From assembly GCF_009914755.1 (NCBI RefSeq), contig NC_060928.1: DNA of 64,000 bases; one strand, written 5' to 3'. Below, piece after piece: positions 24,423-38,019 of this stretch (its first letter is position 1; each line of letters opens with the position of its first letter). A model generated the notes under the pieces. The model did not search any database, was not told the origin of the DNA, and saw only the letters and a program-made list of their open reading frames with translations. Both the position numbers and the translations under genes were made by a program. Source of the stretch: the human T2T-CHM13v2.0 reference genome, Homo sapiens.

Positions 24423-25270
24423 TGAAACTGCCTTTGCAAAGATTATAACAATAACAATGAGAAAGATCTAACATAACTGACTTCATCTTGCTTCTAACCT
24501 CATTAGCTAACCACCCTGGCTCATTTCTGCAAATAGGCCAAACTAACAATGGGAGGAATTTAGCTTATAGTTTAACTTTAAAAAAGAAAAGACAATAACA
24601 GCCCTTTCCTGAAAAGAAACCCCTCCATGCTTGGGGACTAAAATAGCCTGTATAGCATTAATGAAAAGCCACAAGTCTGAAATTATAGTCAAGGGTGGAA
24701 TTCTGTTAAGGCATAAGCAGAAGTTAAATGGCAACCAGCCACTGTTTCTTAGCTTGCTTTTCTATAATTGCTCACTTTACTGCTCACAGAGTCATGTAGC
24801 CAGGGACAGTGGGAGGGACAAAATTTATAACTACCCCAAATTGCTTCTATAGATAACATCACTATGGTGAAACTGAGGACTGGTCTTTAAGATATTTTTC
24901 AGAGTTTACATTCTTGTGGACCAACTGATGCCCACCAGACATGTGGCCCATACCAAGGAAAGAGGTGACTAAACTGGTCCTATGACCCCCACCAGAAACT
25001 GACTTAGCTCATGAAGTTAATTTCAACATCTCAATGATTTCATTCCCAAGGAATCAGTAGCCCCCATTCCCTGGCCCATTGCCCACCAAGTTATGCTTAA
25101 AAAACGTAGTCTCTGAGATCTTGGGGAGGCAGATTTTAGAGACGCCTTCCAACCTCTTTGCTTGTCTTCGCTGTGATTATTAAATTTTTTCTCTGCTGCA
25201 AGAGCTGCTGATCTCAGTGCATTGGCTTTTTTCTGGGCAGTAGGAAAGAAGAACCCATTGGACTGTAAAA
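24423..25270 (+). mobile_element. ERV1 LTR8-family solo LTR (length suggests LTR8B/8A)
   Basis: Start 'tgaaactgcctttgcaaagattat...actgacttcatcttgcttctaacctc'; end 'gaacccattggactgtaaaa'; 4-bp TSD GTGG inside a (GGT)n run. Confidence 0.88.
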
Positions 25271-25650
25271 GTGGTGGTCACAGAGATCTGGAATCTGAAT
25301 CATCCCTGACACAGCTAAAGAATAAGACAGAAGCTGACCAGTTGTATGTGGATAAACTGGATTGGATGGGGGAGATGGTGTTGTCAAGTGTCCCACACTC
25401 CACGAATTACTCTGGGAAAAGGATGTGTGAGTGAGACATGGACGAAATGAGTGCCATGAACAACAGAGAACTGGGGTGGATTAATCTTAACTCCTGTCCA
25501 AGATGGTGCTAGGAGGAAGGGGGAACAACCTCAGCCAAAAGGAGGTGGAGGAGATAGAGGAAGGTGCAGGGGAAGATGAGGTCATGGCCCATATCACATA
25601 GCTGTAGAGAGAGACCTGGGGGTAGTGAGGGGGTTTCTAAAATTTATCCT

Positions 25651-26013
25651 TAATATGGTTTGAATTTTTGTCCCCCCAAAATCTCATGTTAAAATTCGAT
25701 CTCCAGTGCTGGAGGTGGGGCCTAGTGGGAGGTATTTGGATCCTGGAAATGGATCCCTCATGGATGGGTTGGTGCCTTCCCTGCAATAATGAGTTCTTAC
25801 ATTCTTAGTTCATGTGAAAGCGTGTTGTTAAAAGGAGCATGGCATCCCTCCCATTCTTCCCTTGCTCCTTCTCTCATCATGTGACAACCAAGCAGATGCC
25901 AGCACCATGCTTCTTAAATAGCCTGAAGAATCATGTGCCAAATAGACCTCTTTTCTTTACCAATTGTCAGATCTCAGGTATTCCTTTATAGTAATGCAAA
26001 ATAGACTAATGCA
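25651..26013 (+). mobile_element. MaLR solo LTR, MSTB-like
   Basis: 'atatggtttgaatttttgtccccccaaaatctcatgtt...ggaggtggggcctagtgggagg...gactaatgca'; perfect 5-bp TSD ATCCT (25646-50 / 26014-18). Confidence 0.92.
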
Positions 26014-26772
26014 ATCCTTTTTTAGACATTTCATGGGCCTTTTGAAGCTGCCAAATCTGGGCAGCAGCTCGAAACATTATCGGCCAAACAAGAATCTTCC
26101 TGTCATTCTCTCCTTTCCTGCTTTCTTTCCATGTTACAAGCCTAGACAGGCAGATATTGTTGGGGAAGAGTGGTGGAAGAAAGTGCCAGGGAGGAGAAAG
26201 AGCTGCAGCCAACCAGAGCCCCCTTCCCAGGCTGTGGCTTCCACAAACTATAGACCTTTCCAGGAGGAGAGGGGCTGAGACTCAAAATCAGGTTTGTGAT
26301 TTTGCTATTTAAATAGTAACAAACATTTTACACAGTAAAGCAAGATTATACTTGTGACTTAAATTGAGTAGAATATTTCGTGTTACTTAAGAGAGGTTAG
26401 GGCAGGGAAATAACTACCCTCCATGAAAAACTTAAACAGTGGGAAATAAAAGAAGCAAGTTAATATCTGCAAAGTCCTCCAGTAAAGAATCTTATTAACT
26501 TTGACCTGAGTTTTCCAAACCTATTTTCCTACAAACTTCTTTTTGTCACAGAAGAACAATTAATATGCCATGGAAAGGAGAATCATTTGGAACATACTTA
26601 GGTATATAGTGTTCAAATGGCTAAATATTTTCTTTTAGATTAATATGCAGAAAGTTATTGTTTTGATTTAAACAAATCATAGATCAAAAATCAGGACAGC
26701 AGCTGGTATATATATTCTGTGGTCCTTAGATCTCTTTTAATCTAAAATATCTTAGATAATACATTCATTGTG

Positions 26773-26773
<1 letters not shown>

Positions 26774-26806
<33 letters not shown>
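26774..26806. repeat. (GT)n microsatellite
   Basis: Seen directly. Confidence 0.95.
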
Positions 26807-27224
26807 GAGTAGCTTATTCTCATATTTATTCCATGACTTTAAGTTAAATATTGCAAATCTCAGTGAAAAAGGCACTCTAGTTAACAAAATCCTGATTTCA
26901 TTTGTTAGTCTTTTGTCAAGCCACTACATTATACATTCTGACATCAGTGTGGCTAAAGAATGTTGAAAAATGCTGGTAAGAGGTAAGAATTTTTCTTTTT
27001 TTATTCAGCATTTTGCTTTTAATGTATTTATGTACCTTAAGTTTTTTTTTCCCCTACCTTAAATCAACATCCTTCTTTGGTTTCAGTATCAGTAATAAAA
27101 TGATCATGTAATTTTTATGACTATATTTTATTTTTTAAGGGGAACAAAAACAATAAATTGCCTCAAATACTTTCAATTAAAAATCAAATTCATATTATTG
27201 TCCTTTATATATTGTCAAAGTGTG

Positions 27225-27350
27225 TCTTTCAGGTCCGTGCTATTTAAAATGCAGTCTGTAGACCAGCAGCATTGAAACACTGGGGACCTTGTTAGCAACA
27301 CAGAACCATAAGCCCCTCTCTAGACCTACTGACTTGGGAGTCAACTGCCC
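27225..27350. mobile_element. MER5 fragment
   Basis: 'gaccagcagcattgaaacactggggaccttgttagcaacacagaa...agacctactga'. Confidence 0.6.
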
Positions 27351-28717
27351 AACAGTGTTTGAGAAACACCTTATTATGACATTTACCATGGGGTTTATTG
27401 TCCGTGTGTTTAATTACACCTTGTAGCTTCCACCCCGCCCCATCATAATAGAACGGATAAGGGCAGAATTGAGCTGAATCCAGACCTGGGCAATTCACTT
27501 AAACTTCCAGCCCCAGTTCTCTTATTTTCAAAATATGGATAATAGTCTTTGCCACAATGTTGCAAAGTGAGACTTATTCAAAATAATAGGATCTGTAAGG
27601 GATCCAGTGTACTCTTGTGATTCAAACTAACATTCCACAAATTTTATTTCCAAAAGGAAAATTTCTTCTTCCTTCTTTCTTTTCTTCTTCTTTATATTTT
27701 GTTGTTGTCTTTGTTGTTTGTTTCTTTAACATCTACTTGTTTGGCAACTTCAGGTACATAGATTATAACTAAGAATATTAAATTAAGTTTACATTACTTA
27801 AGTATCACTATAATTATTATCAAAATCACCTGTGTCAAAATCCCTATTGGTTGCTTGGTAGGAGAAGCCCTGTGTCCTCAGCGCACTACTTCATCAGGCA
27901 TGGTTATCTCACTTCCAATTCCCCAGAACATTACGGGCAGGAATTAGGGATGTGGGGCCTGCAGATGTAGGAAAATGCATTAAGAGCTCGTAGCTGCTTG
28001 GCAGAGAGAAAACAAACTGCCCCAGCTGCTTAGAATTAGGATCTGAGTCATCAAGAAGAGGTGAATTCTTTTCCTGAGCCTCCGCTGTTTGAGAAGGTAG
28101 GAAAGTTTTTTAATAATATATAACGAAGGCTGAACATGCAAGATTATTTTTAAAATTGGGATTTCTAAGTGAATGCCACAGAATTGAGGTTTCAGCAATA
28201 TTAAATCAACAATAAGCGGTTTCTGAATTAATTCTCAAGAAGTTTCTTCTTTCGAACATTAACTCTCTCCTAAGCCAGGAAAATTTGTATGACTTTTTTC
28301 TTTTTCCTTGTTTTTTCACCTTTTGTTGGCTTTGAGGTTGAGGATTCTGATAGGATCAAGTAAATAGGATAATAAATAAATAAATGTCTCAGTTAAGGTA
28401 GGCATGTAAGCAATTTAATATTTCTAAAAGAGAACCATGAAGAACAATTGTGACCTCTGCTGAGAAGACAGAGTAGATGTACTTTTACCTACTTTTTTCC
28501 ACTAAATACAACTAAAAACCCTGGGCATACTTTAAAAAATTTGAGAAAGCTTAATTGTGGGGAGAAGGTGACAGACTGGCTACGGACCTCTAAACCTAAA
28601 AAACAACAAGGTGGTGAGTTCCCTGAGATTTCTTTCTGTTTTACGTGTCCCAAACTTCAGTTGAATAATTAACAATCAACAAATACTGATAGACACAGAT
28701 GAGAAAAGCCTTAATGA

Positions 28718-29149
<432 letters not shown>

Positions 29150-29402
29150 TGAGTGGGAAACCTAGATGGTCACTTTGCTTGTTTGAAATGAGGGGCCCCA
29201 AATGCCCAGCTGGGGTAGTGTGGGAGGAAGCTGAGCAGGAAACTAGAGCTTTCCTCCTTGCCAGGCAATAAAAAGCCCCCTCTCCATGTCAGTGTCTGTA
29301 AAGACCATGTAGGATACCTAGACTTTCAGCCTCATTGAACAGTGATGTGTTTCTCTCCCTCCTCATTGGGGTAGTATCAGAGGGGGTGGAGTAAAAACCC
29401 GT

Positions 29403-29819
<417 letters not shown>

Positions 29820-32800
29820 TCAGTGGAAACCAGCTAAAACACGAAGTTTAAGTAAAATCCAGAGTCTCATAATATAATACCTGGAATATGCAGTTTTCAA
29901 TAAAAAAGTCATTATACCAAGAACCATAAAATTTCAGTTGGTGAGAAAAAGACAATCAATAGATGCCAACAGAGATGTAAGACTTATCTGATGAAGATTT
30001 CAAAGAGTCATCACAAAAATGCTTCAATGAGCAATTACAAACATGCTTGAAACAAATGAAAAAATAAGAGTCTTAGCAAAAACAGCAAAGTCTTATAGAA
30101 AATAGAATAAATAGAGAAGAACAAATGGAAATTTTAGAAGTGAAAATACAATAACCAAAATTAAAATAAAACAAAATTCTATACAAAACCTCAATCTATG
30201 GGCTCAACAGCAGAACGGAAGAGTCAGAGTAAAGAATCAATGAACTGGAAGTAGAACAATTAAAACGTGTTGGATCTAACATTCATGCCATTGGAGCCCA
30301 AGAAAGAGAGGAGAAAGAGGGAAGGGTTGAAAGAAATACTCAGAGAAATAAATACTGACAACTCTCCCATTTTGTAAATACATAAATCCACATATTCAAG
30401 AAGCTAAATGAACCACAAACACAAAAAACCCAAATAGTCATTTTCTGAAAACTAAAGACAAAGAAAAAATCTTGAAAGCAGCAAGAGAGAAACAATATCA
30501 TATAAAGAAAAAGTACGTTGATTGGCAGTGAATTTCTCATCGGAAACCATAGAGACCAGAAAAAAAGTGGCACAATATTTTTTAAGTCCTGAAGAAAATA
30601 AGATAACTGTAAAGCCAGCATTTTATATCTAGTAAAATATCTTTCAGGAATGAAGGAGAAATTAAAATATTCTCAGATAAAGAAAAACAAAAAAAAAACT
30701 AGAAGAATTCGTCACTAGCAGAAGCAGACCTGTTTTAACAAATGGCTAAAGGAAGTTCTCTAAACAAAACAACAAAAAAAATATGTTAAGAAATCTTGGA
30801 ACATCAGAAAGAAAGAAATAACACAGTAAGCTAAAATATGGATAAACAAAATAGATTTTTCTTGTTCTCTTGAGTCTTCAAAATTATGTTTAATGGTAAA
30901 GCAAAAATTACAACCCGTCTAATATGTTCTAAATGTATATAAAGGAAATATTCATGATAATTATATTATAAATGGAAGGTGGAAGGAGAGATGGGAAAGG
31001 AGGTAATTTTTCCATATTTTATTTGAACTGGTAAAATGACAACACCAGACTGTGTTGACTGTAGTAAATGTTGAATGTATAATGCTAATACCTAGAGCAA
31101 GCACTAAAAATAATAAATAAACCTCTTCAAAAAGATACAGTCAAAAACTCCATAGATAAATCAAAATGTAATTCTAAAAAAGTTTTTAAATAACACACAG
31201 GAAGGCAGGAAAAATAAAACAGAAATGAAAACAGAAAGAATAAACAGAAAACAGAAAATAAAATAGCAATCTTAAGCCCTAACGTATCAGTAGTCATACT
31301 AAGTGTAAATGGTCTAAATACACTAATTAAAAGACAGATATTAGCAGAGTGGATTAAAATATATAGGCCAACTATATGCTTACTAAAAGAAACTCATGTC
31401 AAATATAATAATACAGGCAGTTTGAGAGTAAAAGGATGGAAAATGTATAAATCTTTTAATTTTAATTAATTTACAAAGATTAATCAAAAGAAAGAGTGAC
31501 TGTATTAACATTAGATAAAGTAGACATCAGAGAAAAGAAAATTACCAGAGATAGAGAGGAACATAATATGATAAAAGGGCCAACCCACTAAGAAGACTTA
31601 ACTGTCCTAAATGTGTGTGCATACACACACAAAGAAACAGAATTATAAAATATATGCACTGAAAATGGATAGAATTAAAAGAAGAAATAGATGAATTCAC
31701 AATTGCAGATGGAGACTTCAATACTCTTCTCTCCATAATTGATAGAAAAAACCCAAGAGAAAACTATCAAGGGTATAGAAGAACTCAACAAAACCATCAA
31801 CCGTAGCATCGAATCAACCTTTGTAGAATACTCCATCCGATGATGGCAGAATAACATTCTTCTCAAGTGTCCATAGAACATATATCAAGACAGACCACAT
31901 CCTGGGACATAAAACAAACCTTGGCAAACTTAAAGTATTTAAAATCATACAGAGCCAATGTGGAATCAAACTGGAAATCAGTAACAAAGATACCAGAAAA
32001 ATCCCCAGACACTTTCAAACTAAGCTACAATTCTAAATAACCCATGGGTCAAAGAGGATGTCTCCGTGGAAATTGAAAAAAAAATTCATTGAGTTGAATG
32101 AAAATGAGACTGTAACATAAAAACTTTGTAGGCTATGACTAAAACAATGCTGAGAGGGAAATTTAGAGCACTAACTGCAAATGTTAAAAAAATGAAGTCT
32201 GAAACCAATAATCTAAGATCCTACTTCAAGAACCTAGAAAAAAATAGCAAAATAAATCCAAAGGAAGCCGAGAGAAGAAAACAATACAGAACAGAAACAA
32301 ATCAAAACACAAAATATATTACAGAAAAAAAATCAATGAAACAAAGTTGTTTGTTTAAAAAGATCAATAAAATTTACAAGTTTCTCTGAAAAGGCTGACA
32401 AAAAACGAACACAAATTACCATGACTAGGAATGAAAGATTACTAGGAACATCACTACAAATTATTTAAAGACTTCTCAAAACCCGATGAAAAAAATTAAA
32501 TTAGAAAGTAGGCTAGAGATACGAACAGATATTTCGGAAGAGGATACGCAGATGACAAATGAGCGCATGAAATGTTCAACATCATTAGGTATTAAGATAA
32601 TGAAAATTAAAAAACTGCAATGAGTTATCCCTACATACCTATTAGAATGACTTTAAAAACCTCCGCAAAACGTGTACCATTTACTTTCTACTGTACTATG
32701 AAAACGTAATGAGGTACAGAAAAACCACAAGAGAGATGAAAATAAAGAACTGAACAAAAATGCATACAAAAAAAAATAGTGACACCACCAAATGCTGACA

Positions 32801-33985
32801 AGGATATGTTGAAAATGGATCACACATACATTGCTGATGGGAATGTAAAATTGTACGGGGACGCTGGAAAACAGCTTGACAGTTTCTTAAAAAAATAACA
32901 ACTAACAATTGCACTCCTGGGCATTTATCCCAGAGAAATGAAAGCTTATGTTCACACAAAAATTGGTACACAAATTAATTATAATATTAAAAACTGGAAA
33001 CAATGCAAGTGTCCTTCAGTGGCTGAATGATTAAATAAACTGGTACATTTGTATCATCACATACTACTCAACAATACAAAGGAATGAATTGTTAATACAT
33101 ACACAACTTGGGGGACTTTCCAGAGAATTATGTTGAGTGAAAAAGTCAATCAAGAAAAATTACTTATATATGATTCCATTAATATAATATTTTGGAAATG
33201 AGAAAATTATAGGAATGGAGAACAGACAGGTGGTTGCCAGGGACTGAGGAGGGAGGTGGGGGCTCTGAGGAGGGAGTTGGGGGCTGGAGGGAACTGGGTG
33301 TGGCTATAGAAGGGCTGCATCCTGGTGATGATGGAAAAGTTCTGTATCTTGACTGTATCGACTGCATGCCCTGATGGTGATATCGTATAATAGTTTTGAA
33401 AGGACTACCACTGGGGGAAAATGGGTAAAGGGCACACAGAGATCTTTGCTTTATTTCTTAAAACTGCATGAGACTCTACAATCATCTGAAATTTTAAAAG
33501 TTTATTGAAAAATTAAAAAGGAACACATTGACATAATTCTCTCCCCAAGAATATGGGCTACTTCTGAGTCATGTTGTAGTGGAAAGAAGTGTAGAGAACA
33601 TATGGTATGTGTAGGTAAAATCTACACTCCTTATAGGGAAAGATAGGGTAGAATATTGATACATTTTCTTCTTTTGTTCATTTGCTGATGAAGTCAATTT
33701 GTCCACACATTTATATTTTCATACATTCATTCATTTATAAACTTATTAATTCACTTGTTTGCTTTATCTTTCATTTAAACAGTAATTATCGAGTTGTATG
33801 TTAGGCGTTGTACTAAGCACCAGGAGAGGGAGAAGGAGCACGGCATGACCTCTGCATTTAGAGAGCTCACATTTATTTACACATTCATCAAGCAAGTACC
33901 AATCCAACCAAACAACCAAGGTTGACAGGTGCATATTGTATTGCCAAAGCCTGACATACTGCTTGGCATAAAAATATGAATAAAC

Positions 33986-34272
<287 letters not shown>

Positions 34273-34399
34273 AAATATGATAAGGTAAACATGCAAGAGG
34301 AAAGGAGGGAGAGCAACTCACCAATTTGGTGAAGAAGGATGTACCAAGTCACAGATTCAATGGGATTGAATTTTGATGACCCCCAGTATAAAATCCAAG

Positions 34400-34650
34400 C
34401 TCCTAAGCTCCTAAATATGAAACACAAGGCTCTCACCAACATGGCTCCAACATCCCCTTCCAGCCCCATCTCCCGCTAGCTCAGCTGGGCTTTATGTGCT
34501 TTCCATTTTCTCTGCGTGTGTTCCTGCTGTTTCCTCCACAAGAATGTCCTTTCTCCACTTGTCAACCTAGTGACCCACTATTATGCAGCTTTCGATAACT
34601 CTGTTTCTCCATAGCAGGGGGTGAATGACCTGCTCTTCTCTGCTCTCATA
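34400..34650 (+). mobile_element. L2 fragment (host of the following LTR)
   Basis: 'aaatccaagctcctaagc...cacaaggctctcacc...gctgtttcctccacaagaatgtcctt'. Confidence 0.55.
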
Positions 34651-34651
34651 A

Positions 34652-35392
34652 TGTTACCAGTTGAGGGTGTCCAGGTTTTTGGCATTCTTAACAAAGAATT
34701 ACACAAAACACACAAACAAAGCAAGTAAAGAAGGAAGCAACAAAAGCAGATTTATTGAGATCTGCTATTGTACACTCCACAGGGTGGGAGTGGGCCCAAG
34801 CAAACAGCTCAAGAGCACCATTACAAAATTTTCTGGGGTTTCAATACTCTCTAGACGGCAGGGCGTGGTGGCTCACGCCTGTTATTCCAGCACTTTGGGA
34901 GGCCGAGGCGGGTGGATCACCTAAGGTCAGGAGTTCGAGACCAGCCTGGCCAGCATGGCAAAACACCGTCTCTACTAAAAATACAAAAATTAGGCAGGTG
35001 TGGTGGTGCATACCTGTGATCCTAGATACTTGGGAGGCTGAGGCACAATAATTGCTTGAACCCGGGAGGTTGCAGTTAGCTGAGATCACACCACTGCACT
35101 CCAGCCTGGGAGACAGAGCGAGACTCTGTATTAAAAAAAAAAACAACCCCTCTAGACATTTCCTATTGGTTACTTGGTGTATGCTGTATGTAAATGAAGA
35201 AGGTATAGTGAGGTTACAAAGTTCTTTACTTGGTATACAGGCTACATGCAAATGAAGAGGATGTTTCCTGTCATAGCTGCAGTGAAGTTACAAAGTTATT
35301 TACTTGGGCATAGAAAGTTGGGGGTTTTCCCTTTGATTTAGTTCCAGGAAGTGCTTACGATCCGTGCTTCCAGACCCTATTCTCTTGCCTCA
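34652..35392 (-). mobile_element. ERV1 MER51/MER61-family solo LTR with Alu insert
   Basis: Termini 'tgttaccagttgagggtgtccagg' and 'ccagaccctattctcttgcctca'; 4-bp TSD ATAA / GTAA. Confidence 0.85.
34857..35143 (+). mobile_element. AluSx-like
   Basis: Full dimer with a small right-arm deletion; TSD ending CTCTAGAC on both sides (34849-56 / 35150-57). Confidence 0.95.
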
Positions 35393-35429
35393 GTAACACT
35401 TATGTATACATTTGGTTCAGGTTCTAATT

Positions 35430-35680
35430 ATGCTAGTGGAGTATATTAAGAAGTTTAGGGATCAAATGGATAAAGACTAAATTCTACTTTTCCCACTTAA
35501 TAATCCTTTTAACTCAGAGGAATTTGTGGGTCTCTCTGAATCTCTCTCTCCTTAAGACTTTATGGATATGAATAGGCTCTTGTCTCAGAAGTGATGTGTG
35601 GATTAAGAGAAATAACACTAAGAAAGTGTTTGGGAAACTGCCTGGAATGTAGGTAGCCTTGAGGAAATGCTGGCTCTTAT
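35430..35680 (+). mobile_element. MIR
   Basis: 'gatgtgtggattaagagaaataacactaagaaagtgtttgggaaactgcctgg'. Confidence 0.5.
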
Positions 35681-35967
35681 GGTATTATGGGAAATCATTT
35701 TTGCGTTTCTATCCACTTCTTTGAGGCAGGGACTATTTCTTGTTCATTGAGACCCTTGTGCGGTAATAACAACATTATTAGTAATAATCATGCCTACCCC
35801 ACACCATATTACTTAACTGTACATAGTAGATAACACAGGTTTGTTGAAACAGCTTGTTCGGGAATAACTAGATTGCAGGATTTCTTGTGTCTCTTCCAGT
35901 TAGATCACATTAATCTGTGTTCACTGAAATGCTAGTGCTCCCTGGAGAGGTCTGAGAATAACACAGG

Positions 35968-35971
<4 letters not shown>

Positions 35972-36014
<43 letters not shown>
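35972..36014. repeat. (GA)n microsatellite
   Basis: About 21 perfect AG units. Confidence 0.95.
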
Positions 36015-36017
<3 letters not shown>

Positions 36018-36309
36018 CAGGGCAGCGTGGCTTTGGTAACTTTTATGTGTGGGTGGGATATATGAGTTTGCCCAGGGATTAATAAGCAGCTATTTGAGCA
36101 GGAAGTTCTTCCTTGTCAAGAGCATAAGATGCTTTGCGCGATATTTCAGACCAAGAGTCGACGGGGTTGGGGGATGCTCTCAGCATAAGTCCTTATTATT
36201 GGACTAAAGGAACTGTATAAGGGCTTATACATTACTATATATTTAATATTTATACATATTTAACATTATACAAATATAATGTATGTATGCACACAACACA
36301 GTCCCATCT

Positions 36310-36722
36310 TTGATCTTTGTTTCACCGTTTCATCTGCCCAGGATGCTTTCTGCTGGATACCTGCATGGATAACTCCCTCGCCTCCTCCTTCAAGTTGTTG
36401 CTCACATGTCCCGCTCTTGAAGAGGCTTATCCTGCCATCCTATGTAATTCTACAACCCGTCTTCCCTATGCTCAGAATTTGAATCCTTCTCATCCTTCTC
36501 TACCTTTTCCTGTTGTTATAGCTTAAGTCATTTTCTGGAATACTATACGCCACTCTTGATATTACATTTTTAGTTAGTTTTTTTTTTTCGTTGCCTATTA
36601 TAATGTAAGTCCAGTGAGGGCAGAAAGTTCTTTCTGTTTTGTCCACTGCTGTATGGTAAGGGCTTAGAACAATGGACAGCAACCCTGTATGTGTCCAAGG
36701 TCGTGTGAATAAAAGAATAAAT
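36310..36722 (+). mobile_element. L2 3' portion
   Basis: 'taatgtaagtccagtgagggcagaaag...tctgttttgtccactgctgtat...cttagaacaatg'. Confidence 0.75.
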
Positions 36723-37708
36723 CAGATGGGGCTTTAGAGAGGAAACAGCTCTTAGGAAGAAGAGAGGAATGAATGAATGAATTTATTTTACGGCAAACAC
36801 TGCCAGATAAGAAGAGATGGATTTGCTTAGAGATCATCCATAAAAAGCAGGAGCAGGTACAGCCTGGGGCTCATGTTGTCCCATTGTTTTATTGCTAATC
36901 CCCTATCCCCTTTGTGGGAAGGGAACTTCCCCTTCTCCTAGTGATCCAGCAGACCTCAGAGGAGGCTTAGTGACGGGAGAGAAGAGAAAGCCTATTTAAT
37001 CTCAATTATCTGAGACTGAAAAATTCAAAGACCTAAGAGGGCAGTGGTGGAAGAACTTATTTGTGAGGCAGGGAAGAGGGCGGAGTCACGGACACCTGTG
37101 AAGAAGGGGTGAGGAGGAGAGGCCTGTGGGTTTGTCTCTGACCTTCTATCAGTTGAGCTCACAGTCTGTTTTCCTTGCGAAGGAGAGGGCCCAGGAGACT
37201 AGAAAAGGTGCATAATGCCTCCCCAGGTCCCATAGCACCATAGGGATAGAACTGTTTAACCAGGGGTTGCTCACTGTAGCCCGCGGGGTGAGATGTGCCT
37301 TTAAAAGGTCACTCGATTTAATGATTTAATGCCTTGACTGGAGCACACCCTCTCCACTCCGCCAGGGTCCCCTCTCCTCTGGCTTTGCACCAGGCCAGGG
37401 CTCACATCTTTGCATTATCATTTGTTATGTGTACCAGATGGCCTGGGCCCTAGCCTTCATTTGGGTGGAGTGTGAATTCTAGGTAAAGAAGTGTGGGCAA
37501 GATATTTTCTGGAACTGGAAGCGGAGGGCACCCACCCCTCCCTAGCCTCCTCCTTCACAGCATCTGCAAGGACGCCCGTGCAGGTTCCTCGGCCATCAGA
37601 AGTGACTACCCCCCCATAAATCCAAGCTGTAGAAAGAAAATGCTCCATCCCCATTTCCCCTCCCCAGCGAAAAACACATTCTGTAGGACATTTAGAAATA
37701 AAAGTTTA

Positions 37709-37973
37709 CACTTTGGGAGGCCAAGGCGGGCGGATCACAAGGTCAGGAGATCGAGACCATCCTGGCTAACATGGTGAAACACCTTCTCTACTAAAAAAGT
37801 ACAAAAAATTAGCCGGGCGTGGTGGCGGGCGCCTGTAGTCCCAGCTACTCGGGAGGCTGAGGCAGGAGAATGGCGTGAACCCGGGAGGCGGACCTTGCAG
37901 TGAGCCGAGATGCGCCACTGCACTCCAGCCTGGGCGACAGAGGGAGACTCCGTCTAAAAAAAAAAAAGAAAAA
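37709..37973 (+). mobile_element. AluY, 5'-truncated by ~35 nt
   Basis: Y diagnostics 'gagatcgagaccatcctggctaac', 'gaatggcgtgaacccggg'; CpG-rich; TSD AGAAATAAAAGTTTA / AGAAAAAACGTTTA. Confidence 0.95.
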
Positions 37974-38019
37974 AGAAAAAACGTTTAAAAGGAGATTCCT
38001 ATAAATGCGGTATTGCAGA

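Noticed and set aside
23830-24549. Longest ORF (239 aa, minus strand)
   Set aside because: Non-ATG start inside the LTR8 element, its poly-Thr comes from the (GGT)n repeat, and it has no recognisable domain; consistent with a chance frame.
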